Assembly: GCA_002418185.1 (NCBI GenBank)
Contig: DIDN01000010.1
Coordinates: 1-58,045 of the forward strand
From: Deltaproteobacteria bacterium UBA5799
GTDB taxonomy: Bacteria; Desulfobacterota; GWC2-55-46
DNA: 58,045 bases
Reading direction: 5' to 3'
Below, one piece after another: positions 27,444 to 36,406 of the stretch; the stretch's first letter is position 1; each line of letters opens with the position of its first letter. The notes under the pieces are model-generated. The model was not told where the DNA came from. It ran no database searches and saw only the letters and a program-made list of their open reading frames with translations. Made by a program: the position numbers and the translations under genes.

Positions 27444-27710
27444 CTACCAGATCCCGGACTCGACGTTGCCGTTCCTTTTTATGAGGATGTCCACTATGGC
27501 CCGGTTATACAGGCCGTTTTTCCTGTCGAGGTCCGGGGCCACCCTGCTACGGTAGAGGTCGAGCCCCTCGTTAAGCTCCTTTTCGAGGAGGTCGAAGATG
27601 TTGTCGTTCCTTATCCCCTCGAGGACCTTGTCCTTGTTGTATATGGCTATGTCGGAGACGATGGTCCTTGCAAGCCTTGCCGCGGCGTCGCGGTTGGTTA
27701 TCAGGCTCAT
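27444..27710 (-). CDS. RomX-like small protein (88 aa)
   Basis: RLARTIVSDIAIYN..GIRNDN.F..L..EL.EG..LY.SRV..RAIVDIL..S.IW matches the RomX pattern as I recall it; ATGA overlap with the GntR stop. Confidence 0.7.
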   Translation of the reverse strand: MSLITNRDAAARLARTIVSDIAIYNKDKVLEGIRNDNIFDLLEKELNEGLDLYRSRVAPDLDRKNGLYNRAIVDILIKRNGNVESGIW

Positions 27711-28396
27711 GCCCGGCACCTCTTCTGGGTGATTTCGTTTACGAGCACGTCCCTGCCCTTCTCGGCGTTCGCCCTTACGAGCGCCTCTATGAGGGAAGAG
27801 TCCTTTTTCCTGAACGCCTCGATTATGTCCCTGTGCTGCCGCACCGAGTCCGACATGCGGCCCGGGAGCGAGAGCGCGGTTATCCTGAACCGCTCGAACT
27901 GGTGGACGAGGTGGTGGACGGTTGCGCAGAGTTTGTCGTTACCGCAGGAGACGAGGAATGTGTCGTGGAACTGGTTGTCCAGCCGGAAGAAGTTCTTTAC
28001 GTCGCCCTTCTCGGCGCACTTCTCCATCTTCGCGTTGAGGGCCTCGAGCTTCTCGATATCCTTCTCCGAGAGCTTCCCGCAGGCGGTCCTTGCGGCATAG
28101 CCCTCCAGGAGCCCCTTTATCTCGTAGAACTCGCTAACGTCCTTGTCGGTTATCGGGCTTACGACAGCGCCCTTCCTCGGGACGACGGTTATGAAGCCCT
28201 CGCTCTCGAGCTGGCGGAAGGCCTCGCGGATGGGGGTCCTCGATATGCCGAAGCTCGCCGCGATCTCCTGCTCCGGGACCCGTTCGCCCGGCTTCAGGCG
28301 CCCGGCGACGATGGAGTCCTTTATGAAGTCCACGATCCGCTCCCTCAGTGTGAGGGGCCTCTCCACCGGGTAATCGAGCACCTTTATTTTTTCCAT
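27707..28396 (-). CDS. GntR-family (FCD domain) transcriptional regulator
   Basis: LKPGERVPEQEIA..GISRTPIREA HTH; FCD motifs DNQFH, CGND, QHRDII. Confidence 0.9.
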   Translation of the reverse strand: MEKIKVLDYPVERPLTLRERIVDFIKDSIVAGRLKPGERVPEQEIAASFGISRTPIREAFRQLESEGFITVVPRKGAVVSPITDKDVSEFYEIKGLLEGYAARTACGKLSEKDIEKLEALNAKMEKCAEKGDVKNFFRLDNQFHDTFLVSCGNDKLCATVHHLVHQFERFRITALSLPGRMSDSVRQHRDIIEAFRKKDSSLIEALVRANAEKGRDVLVNEITQKRCRA

Positions 28397-28565
28397 TTCA
28401 GCCAATCGGGTTCTGGTGGGCAGGTTCAGGGCTATCCTCCCTGGTCTCCGGGGCGGGGCTGTTGGAACGGGCTCGGGCAAGTCCGCCCGCCCTTGCCGGT
28501 GCGGGCCCCTTCCTGCAGGAGTCCTGATGCACGGCCGCCGCGAAAAATCCGGTCTTTTGATATTT

Positions 28566-28595
28566 ATGTATACTGTATACATTGTGAAAAGTCAA
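28566..28595 (-). promoter_or_regulatory. Promoter with overlapping GntR-type operator
   Basis: TTGACT-17-TATACA on minus strand overlapped by palindrome ATGTATAC-n-GTATACAT (28566-28582). Confidence 0.65.
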
Positions 28596-28661
28596 GCGTT
28601 TTCGGGCCGGGGCAGCCGCCTGCGGAAAGGAGGCGGGGGCTCCGGGGGCCCCTACCGTTGA

Positions 28662-29258
28662 CTACCCTCCGGGCAGGTCATTCGGGTCCTGGTACACCAT
28701 CAGGTGCGCGTAAGGAGACCCCTCGTACATGACATAGGCGCCGAACCTGTTCGGGACCTCAGGAAGGCCGGCCTGGCCGGCCTCGATGGGCCAGAGCAGC
28801 ATCCAGTGAGGCGGCTCCTTTACCCTCGTGGCCCCCTCTGCCGGCCCCATCACTATCTCGCCGTCCCTTTCCCAGTGCCAGCCTCCCTGGGCCATGTAGG
28901 CTATGCCCGGCCCGGTGTTCGCGGGCCGGGGCTCGTCATTGAAAACCGACATGAACCATTCGAGCCCGGCCCTGTCCGTGCAGACCGGGTCGGGCGTTTC
29001 CTGGCCGCTCAGGTCCGCGATGCAGGTGAATTCGTTGGCGCCTTCCAGCACCGTACGGAGCGTCCCGTCATGGCCGGGCGCGAGTATGGCGGCCTCCCCG
29101 GATATCTGCGGCGGAGCCGCGCTCCGGGCAACCCTTATAAGCTCTTCATCGGACATGTCCTGTATGCCGCTCCTCGCCTCTCCGGGCCCTGCGGCCGTTG
29201 CCGGCAGAGATATCCCCAGGGCCAGGAGCGCTGCCATAAAAACAGTATTCTTTTTCAT
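28662..29258 (-). CDS. Hypothetical secreted protein
   Basis: SD AGGAGG, Sec signal MKKNTVFMAALLALGISLPATA, motifs SAAP, FTC..DPVC, GIAYM, PPHWM, PYAHLM. Confidence 0.7.
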   Translation of the reverse strand: MKKNTVFMAALLALGISLPATAAGPGEARSGIQDMSDEELIRVARSAAPPQISGEAAILAPGHDGTLRTVLEGANEFTCIADLSGQETPDPVCTDRAGLEWFMSVFNDEPRPANTGPGIAYMAQGGWHWERDGEIVMGPAEGATRVKEPPHWMLLWPIEAGQAGLPEVPNRFGAYVMYEGSPYAHLMVYQDPNDLPGG

Positions 29259-29429
29259 GTGGCCCTCCTGTATGCCGCCTTGCCGAGAATTCATTAAAAG
29301 TATAACACACGGAACGGGTGCGGCTCTCTTTCCACCGGACTGGCGGCCTCCGGAATTGCTTGCGCCCGGCGAGCGTTTCGGGTTTAATGTCCACTTTGAG
29401 TTCAGCCGGAAAGGGGTGCCTGAGGGTCC

Positions 29430-30203
29430 ATGAGAGATAAAAAAACCGTGCAGGTCCACGTGCCGTACCCGTATCTCGTTGAGAAGACGGGGCGCCTTAT
29501 CGACATGGGCGTAAACCCGGAGGTCTTCATGGACGGCTTCTTTATAGAGGAGGCCAGGGCAGGGGACCTTGAGCGCATACGCAACGCCTTCGCGGAAAAA
29601 GGGCTCACAATAACCCTCCACGGCCCGTACGCGGACATAAACCCCGGGAGCAGGGAGGAGAAGACGAGGCTTCTGACCGTCGAGGCGTACGACAAGCTCT
29701 TCAGGGTGGTGGAGATTCTGAGGCCCGTGACAGTGGTCCTCCACGCGGGCTATCACGAGCGCAAATACAAGGGGGACAAAGGCCTCTGGCTCTCGCAGAG
29801 CCTGAAGACCTGGCCGGAGTTCATTGAAAGGGCCGGGCGGGCCGGGAGCGTCATAGCCGTAGAGAACATATTCGAGAGAGAGCCGTCTACCTTGAGGCTC
29901 CTCATGGATGAAATACCTTCCCCGCACTTCGGGGTCTGCCTGGACGCCGGGCACATGAGGGTCTTCTCCGAGGTGGACGCCGAGGAGTGGTTCGCCTCGC
30001 TCGGCCCGAGGGTCGCCGAGGTCCACCTGCACGACAACCACGGCAGGCACGACGACCACCTGCCCATGGGCGAGGGCTCGATAGACTTCGAGAGGTTCAT
30101 GTCCCTCATGGCGAAATACACGAAAGACCCTGTCTATACGATCGAGCCGCACGGCGAGGACGCCATGAGGAGGGCAATCGAGGCGGTCAAACGCTACCTC
30201 TAA
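29430..30203 (+). CDS. Sugar-phosphate isomerase/AP-endonuclease-2-like TIM barrel
   Basis: LHGPY.DINPG, VENIFE, CLDAGH, HLHDNHG..DDHLP, TIEPH. Confidence 0.85.
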   Translation: MRDKKTVQVHVPYPYLVEKTGRLIDMGVNPEVFMDGFFIEEARAGDLERIRNAFAEKGLTITLHGPYADINPGSREEKTRLLTVEAYDKLFRVVEILRPVTVVLHAGYHERKYKGDKGLWLSQSLKTWPEFIERAGRAGSVIAVENIFEREPSTLRLLMDEIPSPHFGVCLDAGHMRVFSEVDAEEWFASLGPRVAEVHLHDNHGRHDDHLPMGEGSIDFERFMSLMAKYTKDPVYTIEPHGEDAMRRAIEAVKRYL

Positions 30204-30213
30204 AGCTTTTCAC

Positions 30214-30242
30214 TTGACTGCCCCCGGACAACCTGTTAGCCT
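30214..30242 (+). promoter_or_regulatory. Sigma70-type promoter of the cob operon
   Basis: TTGACT-17-TAGCCT with TG extension, immediately before the riboswitch. Confidence 0.55.
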
Positions 30243-30257
30243 TACGCGAAACTCGAC

Positions 30258-30625
30258 GCACCGGTGCCCCGGGTGCTGGTTTTAAGGCTCTTGAGAGGAC
30301 CAAAAGGTCCTCTCAAACTCTCTCCAAAAATGTTCAGTCCTTCCGAGAGGCCCCCTTTAAAAAGTGTGGCCTCTCAGGAACTAAGTCTTTGAAGGGGGTT
30401 CGGGGGAAACCTTATCTACAGAAAGTTTCCCCCGGGAGGCTACGGCCAGCAGCCGGGCCAATAGGGAATTCCCGTGGAAAACGGGAGCTGCCCCGCAACT
30501 GTGAGCGGCGACGAAGTCCTGCGAACCCACTGGCCGGTGGCCGGGAAGGGCAGGATTGTAGGACGACCCGCGAGCCAGGAGACCTGCCGGCGCTTTTTCG
30601 AAGACCTTCCGAGGGAGAGGGTCGG
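30258..30625 (+). ncRNA. Cobalamin riboswitch with enlarged P2
   Basis: GGTGC start, AATAGGGAA, CCCGTGGAAAACGGG, GCTGCCCCGCAACTGT, CCACTG..GGGAAGG, B12 box GAGCCAGGAGACCTGCC; upstream of cob genes. Confidence 0.93.
30291..30434. repeat. MITE-like multi-hairpin insert inside the riboswitch
   Basis: TTGAGAGGACC/GGTCCTCTCAA, GAGAGGCC/GGCCTCTC and CGGGGGAAAC/GTTTCCCCCG hairpins. Confidence 0.6.
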
Positions 30626-30663
30626 CAGGCTCCGGCGCGTGATTGTGCGCATGGGCTGTCAAT

Positions 30664-30701
30664 AACCCGTCCTTCGGAATAGAAGGCCGGGTTTTCTCAT
30701 T
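30664..30701 (+). terminator. Riboswitch expression-platform terminator
   Basis: AACCCGTCCTTC-ggaata-GAAGGCCGGGTT followed by T-rich tail, before cobO. Confidence 0.55.
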
Positions 30702-30733
30702 TCCGGCATTTGAGACTGTAAATGGAGGTCCGC

Positions 30734-31261
30734 ATGGAGCGTGGTCTGGTTCACATATACACCGGCGAGGGGAAGGGGAAGACGACCGCCGCTGTGGGGC
30801 TCGCGACCAGGGCCGCGGGCCAGGGCTTGAAGGTGCTCTTCATACAGTTCTTCAAGGAGGAGAAGGCCTCGTCAGGCGAAAAGGAAGGCCTGAGGAGGCT
30901 CGGGGTCGAGCTCGTCAGGTCGGATGTCCGTCACCCCATGTTCACGGGGAACAATACCGACCTCCGGGCAGTGAAGGCGTCTGTTGTCGGGACCTACGAG
31001 GCTGCAAAGGAGAAGCTTTCGAAAGGCGGCTACGGACTCGCCGTATTCGACGAGATAATGTCCGCCGTGAACGGCGGCTGGATAGGCGCGGACGACGTGC
31101 TCGGTTTTCTCGATTCAAGGCCAGCCTCCCTCGAAGTCGTCCTTACGGGCAGGAACGCGCCCCTGGAGCTTGTGAAGGCCGCCGACTACGTTACCGAGAT
31201 GCTCAAGATAAAACACCCGTTCGACCGCGGGGTGCAGGCGAGGAAAGGGATAGAGTTCTGA
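30734..31261 (+). CDS. cobO: Cob(I)yrinic acid a,c-diamide adenosyltransferase (CobO/BtuR/CobA)
   Basis: GLVHIYTGEGKGKTTAA, IQFFK, VLTGRNAP, KHPF..G..ARKGIEF. Confidence 0.93.
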   Translation: MERGLVHIYTGEGKGKTTAAVGLATRAAGQGLKVLFIQFFKEEKASSGEKEGLRRLGVELVRSDVRHPMFTGNNTDLRAVKASVVGTYEAAKEKLSKGGYGLAVFDEIMSAVNGGWIGADDVLGFLDSRPASLEVVLTGRNAPLELVKAADYVTEMLKIKHPFDRGVQARKGIEF

Positions 31262-31779
31262 TGGCGGGCAGGTCCTCTTTCGTAATCGGCGGCGCGCGTT
31301 CCGGCAAGAGCGCATTCGCGCTCGGCCTCGCTTCCGGGCTGCCGGGGAGAAAGGTATATATCGCAACAGCCGAGGCGCTCGACCCGGAGATGGACGAGAG
31401 GATACGGAGGCACAGGGAGGAGCGGGGCGCGCAGTGGGAGTCGATCGAGGAGAAAATGGACTTGAGCGAAAGGGTTGAATCGCTCGGCCCCGGGTGCGTT
31501 ATCGTGGTGGACTGCCTTACCTTGTGGATTACGAACCTTTTGACCGCGGGACTTTCGGACGGGGAGATACTGGACGCAACAGGGGCGCTTGCAGGGGCGT
31601 GCAAGGAGTCCGGCTCGGCAGTTATTGTGGTGTCTAACGAGGTCGGCCTCGGCATAGTGCCGGAGAACGCGCTCGCAAGGAGGTTCAGGGACCTCTCGGG
31701 CGCGGTCAACAAGGAGATGGCCTCCGCTGCGGAAGAGGTCTGGTTCCTCGCGGCGGGGCTGCCCCTCAGGATGAAATGA
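31261..31779 (+). CDS. cobU: Adenosylcobinamide kinase / guanylyltransferase
   Basis: GGARSGKS, YIATA, DCLTLW, VSNEVGLGIVP. Confidence 0.95.
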   Translation: MAGRSSFVIGGARSGKSAFALGLASGLPGRKVYIATAEALDPEMDERIRRHREERGAQWESIEEKMDLSERVESLGPGCVIVVDCLTLWITNLLTAGLSDGEILDATGALAGACKESGSAVIVVSNEVGLGIVPENALARRFRDLSGAVNKEMASAAEEVWFLAAGLPLRMK

Positions 31780-32261
31780 CCGGGAAGGCCGTGACAAAGA
31801 CCCGTATATTCGCAGCCGTATTCGGCGGAAACCTCGTGTTCGTCTTTTTCAACGCGGCAATCTCCTGGGCGCTGGCCTCTTTCAACGTCACCCCTTACGG
31901 CAGGTTCGTAGCGGCGTTTTTCAAGGGGAGGACCAGGGAGGAGGCGGCTTCGCTTATGGAGGCGGACAGGGCCATCTTCGATTCGATGCTGGCCGAGGCC
32001 TCGTCGTTCGCGAACCTCTTTATTACGCCAGCCGCAGGCTTCATGATGGGTCTCTTTGCGGGTGCGGTGATCGGGAAGGACAGGAAGCTCTCTCTCATAT
32101 GGTCGGTCCTCGCGGCCCTTCCACTCTCGCTCTTTTTCGTTATGAAGTCAGGCGGATGGCAGGAGAGGTCCCTTTACCTTGCCCTTTTCATAGTGTCGAC
32201 CGCGCTCGGCGGCCTTGCGGGGAGCGCTATTTTCAATAGGAACAAGACGGAGAACGCTTGA
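31776..32261 (+). CDS. Hypothetical ~4-TM membrane protein within the cob operon
   Basis: ATGA overlap with cobU and TGATG overlap with cobT; hydrophobic segments. Confidence 0.7.
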   Translation: MTGKAVTKTRIFAAVFGGNLVFVFFNAAISWALASFNVTPYGRFVAAFFKGRTREEAASLMEADRAIFDSMLAEASSFANLFITPAAGFMMGLFAGAVIGKDRKLSLIWSVLAALPLSLFFVMKSGGWQERSLYLALFIVSTALGGLAGSAIFNRNKTENA

Positions 32262-33316
32262 TGTCGATATTTGAGGAAGCCCTTAGGGGCATAAGGCCTG
32301 TGGATGCAGGGCTCATCGAGAAAGCCCGGGAGCGGCTCGATTCGCTTACCAAGCCCAGGGACAGCCTGGGGAGGTTGGAGGAGTTCGCCAGGAGGATAGT
32401 AGCCATAACGGGCGAACTCAGGCCCGTACTGGACAAGAAAACGATATTCACCTTTGCCGCGGACCACGGCGTGGCGGACGAGGGTGTCTCGGCCTTTCCG
32501 AAAGAGGTCACCCGCCAGATGGTCTATAACTTCCTCGGCGGCGGGGCCGGGATAAACGCGCTTGCCAGGCACGCCGGGGCCGAGGTGGTCGTGGTCGATA
32601 TCGGGGTGGACTTCGAGTTCGACGACGCGCCGGGGCTCGTTAAAAGAAAGGTCGTAAGCGGGACCCGGAATATCCGTAGCGGCCCGGCCATGACCGGGGA
32701 AGAGGCATTGAAGTGCCTTGAGGTCGGCATAGCCATCGCATGGGAGCACGCCGGCAAGGGCGCGATATTCGGCACAGGCGAGATGGGCATTGCGAACACC
32801 ACCCCGGCGAGCGCGATAATAGCCGCCCTGTCCGGCCTCCCGCCCGAGGCGGTGACCGGAAGGGGCACCGGCATAGACGACGCGATATTCAGGCACAAGG
32901 TAAAGGTCATAGAGGACGCGATAGCCGTTAACAGGCCCGACCCCTCGGACCCTCTCGATGTGCTCGCAAAGCTCGGGGGCGCGGAGATTGCGGGGATAGC
33001 CGGGCTCGTCATGGGCGCGGCCTCAAAAAGGGTGCCGGTCGTGGTGGACGGATTTATCTCCACCGCAGGGGCGCTCATAGCCCGCGAGATAGAGCCGGCT
33101 GCGGCCCAGTACATGTTCGCCGCGCACAGGTCCGTGGAGAAGGGGCACGCCGCGATGCTCGAAAGGATGGGCCTCAGGCCGTTCGTTGACCTGGACCTGA
33201 GGCTCGGGGAGGGCACCGGAGCGGCGATAGGCATATCGCTCATCGAAGCGGCGCTCCGGGTCTATAACGAGATGGCGACCTTCGGCGACGCGGGCGTATC
33301 TGAAAAAAACGCGTAG
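32261..33316 (+). CDS. cobT: Nicotinate-nucleotide-DMB phosphoribosyltransferase
   Basis: [41 protein letters not shown]. Confidence 0.96.
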   Translation: MSIFEEALRGIRPVDAGLIEKARERLDSLTKPRDSLGRLEEFARRIVAITGELRPVLDKKTIFTFAADHGVADEGVSAFPKEVTRQMVYNFLGGGAGINALARHAGAEVVVVDIGVDFEFDDAPGLVKRKVVSGTRNIRSGPAMTGEEALKCLEVGIAIAWEHAGKGAIFGTGEMGIANTTPASAIIAALSGLPPEAVTGRGTGIDDAIFRHKVKVIEDAIAVNRPDPSDPLDVLAKLGGAEIAGIAGLVMGAASKRVPVVVDGFISTAGALIAREIEPAAAQYMFAAHRSVEKGHAAMLERMGLRPFVDLDLRLGEGTGAAIGISLIEAALRVYNEMATFGDAGVSEKNA

Positions 33317-33415
33317 CAGGCCGTTGAAAAACGCCTCATTCTCATTTTCCGACTCCTTGCATCTTGAACTTTTTGAGCAGCCTGAAAATGCGATTCCGAG
33401 TTTTCCGGCAGCCTG
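33317..33415. mobile_element. MITE, internally deleted copy
   Basis: CAGGCCGTTGAAAAA...TTTTTGAGCAGCCTG; core CGCCTCATT..CCTTGCATCTTGA shared with 42188-42310. Confidence 0.7.
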
Positions 33416-33435
33416 CCAATTAACACCGGAGAGAA

Positions 33436-34182
33436 ATGAAAGGCTTTATAACAGCCCTCCGATTCCTTACGGTCTTCAGGATCGGGAAGCCCGGGAGAGA
33501 AGTTGAGCCAAAGGAGCTTGCGCGCTCAATGGCCTGGTTCCCGGTAATCGGGGCCCTCCAGGGGCTTATTCTGGCACTCGCATATCTTGTCCTCGGTTCG
33601 TTCCTGCCCGAGAGTGTTGCCCTGGCCTCCCTTATCCCGGTGTTGCTCCTTACGAACGGGGCGCTCCACCTCGACGGCTTCGCAGACACGATAGACGGGC
33701 TCGCGGGCGGCAGGGACAGGGATGATATCCTCGGCATAATGCGCGACAGCTCCGTGGGGGCCGTAGGCGCCGCAGGGGTCGCGATACTTATCCTCCTCAA
33801 GTTCCTTTCGCTCCACGAGCTTCCCCCGGGCGAAAAGGCCTGGGCCATATTCCTCTTCCCGGTATTCGGAAGGTGGGCCATGGTGCCGCTTGCCGCGTTC
33901 GCGGGCTACGCGAGGCCGTCCGGCGGGCTCGGCGCAGCCTTTGCCGGGAACACCAAATGGGTGCTCTTGAAGGCGACGCTGCTTGCGCTTGTTATCGCCG
34001 CCCCGTTTGCGGCCCCTTTTTCCATTCTCATGCTCGCTCTTCTCGGGGTTATAATCTATATGTCGTCCCTGTATTTCAAAAGGAAGCTCGGCGGGGTGAC
34101 GGGAGACGTGTTCGGGTTTCATAGCGAGTTTGCCGAGCTCCTTTTCCTTTTCGGGGTTAACGCGGCCGCAGTATTGAGATAG
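33436..34182 (+). CDS. cobS: Cobalamin synthase
   Basis: ALRFLT, GALHLDGFADT.DG, MRDSSVG, GGVTGDVFG. Confidence 0.95.
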   Translation: MKGFITALRFLTVFRIGKPGREVEPKELARSMAWFPVIGALQGLILALAYLVLGSFLPESVALASLIPVLLLTNGALHLDGFADTIDGLAGGRDRDDILGIMRDSSVGAVGAAGVAILILLKFLSLHELPPGEKAWAIFLFPVFGRWAMVPLAAFAGYARPSGGLGAAFAGNTKWVLLKATLLALVIAAPFAAPFSILMLALLGVIIYMSSLYFKRKLGGVTGDVFGFHSEFAELLFLFGVNAAAVLR

Positions 34183-34201
34183 ACCGGGAGGGGATTCAAA
34201 A

Positions 34202-34837
34202 ATGAGAGCTACAAGGCTTTACCTCATAAGGCACGGCCAGGTGGTGAACCACCACGAGTACAGGTATAACGGCCACTTCGACATCGACATAACCCCCACA
34301 GGGGTCGAGCAGATGAGGAGGGTATCCGAACTGCTGTCCATCGAGCCCATAAAGGCGGTATATTCGAGCGATCTCCAGAGGGCTGTTAAGGGCGCGCGCA
34401 TAATAGGCAAGGCCCTGGGGCTTGAGCCTGTCATGGTGCACGACCTCCGCGAGCTCAACCTCGGGAGGTGGGAAGGGCTTACGCGGGAGGAGGCCATTGC
34501 CAGATACCCCGAGGAGGCGGACTTCAGCTTCAAGGACCTCGCGACGAGCAAGGTGAAGGAGGGCGAGAGCCTCGTCGAGCTACGGGCCAGGGTGGTGCCC
34601 GCGTTATCCAACCTCCTCGACCGCCACAGGCACGAGTCCGTGTGCATCGTCGCCCACGGCGGCGTGAACAGGGTCGTATTGAGCGAGGCGATGGGCCTGC
34701 CGCTTGAAAAGTTCTTCAGCATAGAGCAGGACTACGGCTGCCTCAACGTGATAGACTACCTGGACGACGGCCTGAAGGTGGTGAAGCTCCTTAACGGGGG
34801 GCCGAACCAGGACATGCGGCCCACGGAAATATATTAG
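34202..34837 (+). CDS. cobC: Histidine phosphatase, probable alpha-ribazole phosphatase
   Basis: LYLIRHGQ, SSDLQRA, LRELNLG.WEG, AHGGVNR; follows cobS. Confidence 0.8.
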   Translation: MRATRLYLIRHGQVVNHHEYRYNGHFDIDITPTGVEQMRRVSELLSIEPIKAVYSSDLQRAVKGARIIGKALGLEPVMVHDLRELNLGRWEGLTREEAIARYPEEADFSFKDLATSKVKEGESLVELRARVVPALSNLLDRHRHESVCIVAHGGVNRVVLSEAMGLPLEKFFSIEQDYGCLNVIDYLDDGLKVVKLLNGGPNQDMRPTEIY

Positions 34838-34859
34838 GCCGCTCAAAAAGCTGATCCCA

Positions 34860-36248
34860 TTGCCAAAGACCCGAAAGATACCGGCTTTCATAGTCGCCGG
34901 GGCGGCGAGCGGCTCGGGAAAGACCCTTGTTACGCTCGGGCTTCTTGAGGCGCTAAAAAGGCGCGGCCTCAAGGTGCGGGCCTTCAAGGCAGGGCCGGAC
35001 TATATAGACCCCGGCCTCCACAGGGCGGTGCTCGGCCGCCCATCCTACAACCTCGACACATGGATGATGGGGACCGAAGGGGTAAGGGAGACCTTCGCGC
35101 GCGCGGTAAGCGGCGCGGACTGCGCGGTCATAGAGGGCGTCATGGGGCTCTTTGACGGCAGGGACGGCAGAAGCGAAGAAGGCTCGACAGCGCACCTTGC
35201 AAAGACGCTCGGAGTGCCGGTACTCCTCGTTGCCAATGCCGAGAAGGCCGCCCGGAGCATGGGCGCGGTCATAAAGGGATTCGAGGCGTACGACCCCGGA
35301 GTGGACGTACGGTGGGCGCTCTTCAACAAAACCGGCAGCCCCAGGCACGCGGAGATACTCAAGGACTCCATGCCCCGGGGTTCAAGGGTAAAGCTCCTCG
35401 GGTGCATCGCCAGAGACGAGGCCCTCGGGGTCAAGGAACGGCACCTGGGACTCGTGACAGCTTCGGAAGACCCCGGATACATAAGGAGGGCGGCAAAAAA
35501 GGCCGCGGACGTGTTAGAGGAGTCAGTCGACCTCAAGGAGCTCCTCGGGAGTCCGTCCGTAAAGGTGTCCTGCGATAATGAAATCCACGTATTCCGGGGA
35601 GAGCGGGTAAGAATAGCCGTAGCAATGGACCAGGCCTTCTCCTTCTATTACCAGGAAAACCTCGATATCCTCGAAAGCCTCGGTGCCGAGCTTCTGCCCT
35701 TCAGCCCTTTAATGGATGAAAAGCTCCCTGAGGGCGCAGACGGAATATATATCGGCGGCGGGTATCCGGAGCTCCATGCACAGGCCCTCGAAGCGAACAG
35801 GCCCTTGAGGGACTCCGTAAGGAGGCTCGCGAAAAAGGGGCTCCCGGTCTATGCCGAGTGCGGCGGACTCATGTACCTCGGAAAGGCCATTGAGCGCGAG
35901 GGGAGGAGGTCGGCCATGGCCGGGGTCTTCCCCTGGGCCACGCGCCTTCTGCCCAAAAGAAAGGCGCTCGGCTACCGGGTGGTTTCGCTTACGCCGGAGT
36001 GCCCGTTTCTCAAGAGGGGCAGGATACGGGGGCACGAGTTCCATTACTCGGAGCTTGTTTTCGGCCCCGGGGAGGTCGGCATGGGGTATGTGGTCATGGG
36101 CGGCTCGAAAAGGGCCCCTGAAGGGTTCAGCAGGGGGAACGCCCTGGCAAGCTATATACACCTCCATTTCGCGAGCAACCCGGCTTTTCCAAAGGCGTTT
36201 ATCCGTCTTGCGCGGCTCTGCGGCAAAAAGGTGCGAGCCGGGACATGA
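34860..36248 (+). CDS. cbiA: Cobyrinate a,c-diamide synthase (CbiA/CobB)
   Basis: SGSGKT, FKAGPDYID, IEGVMGLFDG, ERHLGL, GGGYPE, AECGGLMYL, GHEFHYS. Confidence 0.93.
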   Translation: MPKTRKIPAFIVAGAASGSGKTLVTLGLLEALKRRGLKVRAFKAGPDYIDPGLHRAVLGRPSYNLDTWMMGTEGVRETFARAVSGADCAVIEGVMGLFDGRDGRSEEGSTAHLAKTLGVPVLLVANAEKAARSMGAVIKGFEAYDPGVDVRWALFNKTGSPRHAEILKDSMPRGSRVKLLGCIARDEALGVKERHLGLVTASEDPGYIRRAAKKAADVLEESVDLKELLGSPSVKVSCDNEIHVFRGERVRIAVAMDQAFSFYYQENLDILESLGAELLPFSPLMDEKLPEGADGIYIGGGYPELHAQALEANRPLRDSVRRLAKKGLPVYAECGGLMYLGKAIEREGRRSAMAGVFPWATRLLPKRKALGYRVVSLTPECPFLKRGRIRGHEFHYSELVFGPGEVGMGYVVMGGSKRAPEGFSRGNALASYIHLHFASNPAFPKAFIRLARLCGKKVRAGT

Positions 36249-36406
36249 TCTCGACGTGATAGACGGACTGAAAACCGCCGTTATGGCCAATATTGACCGG
36301 CCTTCCGGGCTGTCCGTCCGTTCCGCTTGTAACCAGACGTTTTTTTCTGGTAATATAGCCCATTGTCTCGACCCTGCTCCTTCACAAATCAGACGGGTTC
36401 CGCCAT

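Noticed and set aside
29259-30152. 496-aa ORF 28662..30152
   Set aside because: The N-terminal part is the antisense shadow of the TIM-barrel gene; the real start with SD and signal peptide is 29258
29430-30203. TIM-barrel gene as cobamide-remodelling CbiR
   Set aside because: Same superfamily and adjacent to cob genes, but it lies upstream of the cob promoter and riboswitch and looks like the generic sugar-phosphate isomerase type. An HMM test is needed, so I did not call it.
30381-30682. Small ORFs over the riboswitch
   Set aside because: The sequence is explained by conserved RNA motifs; no SD or protein features
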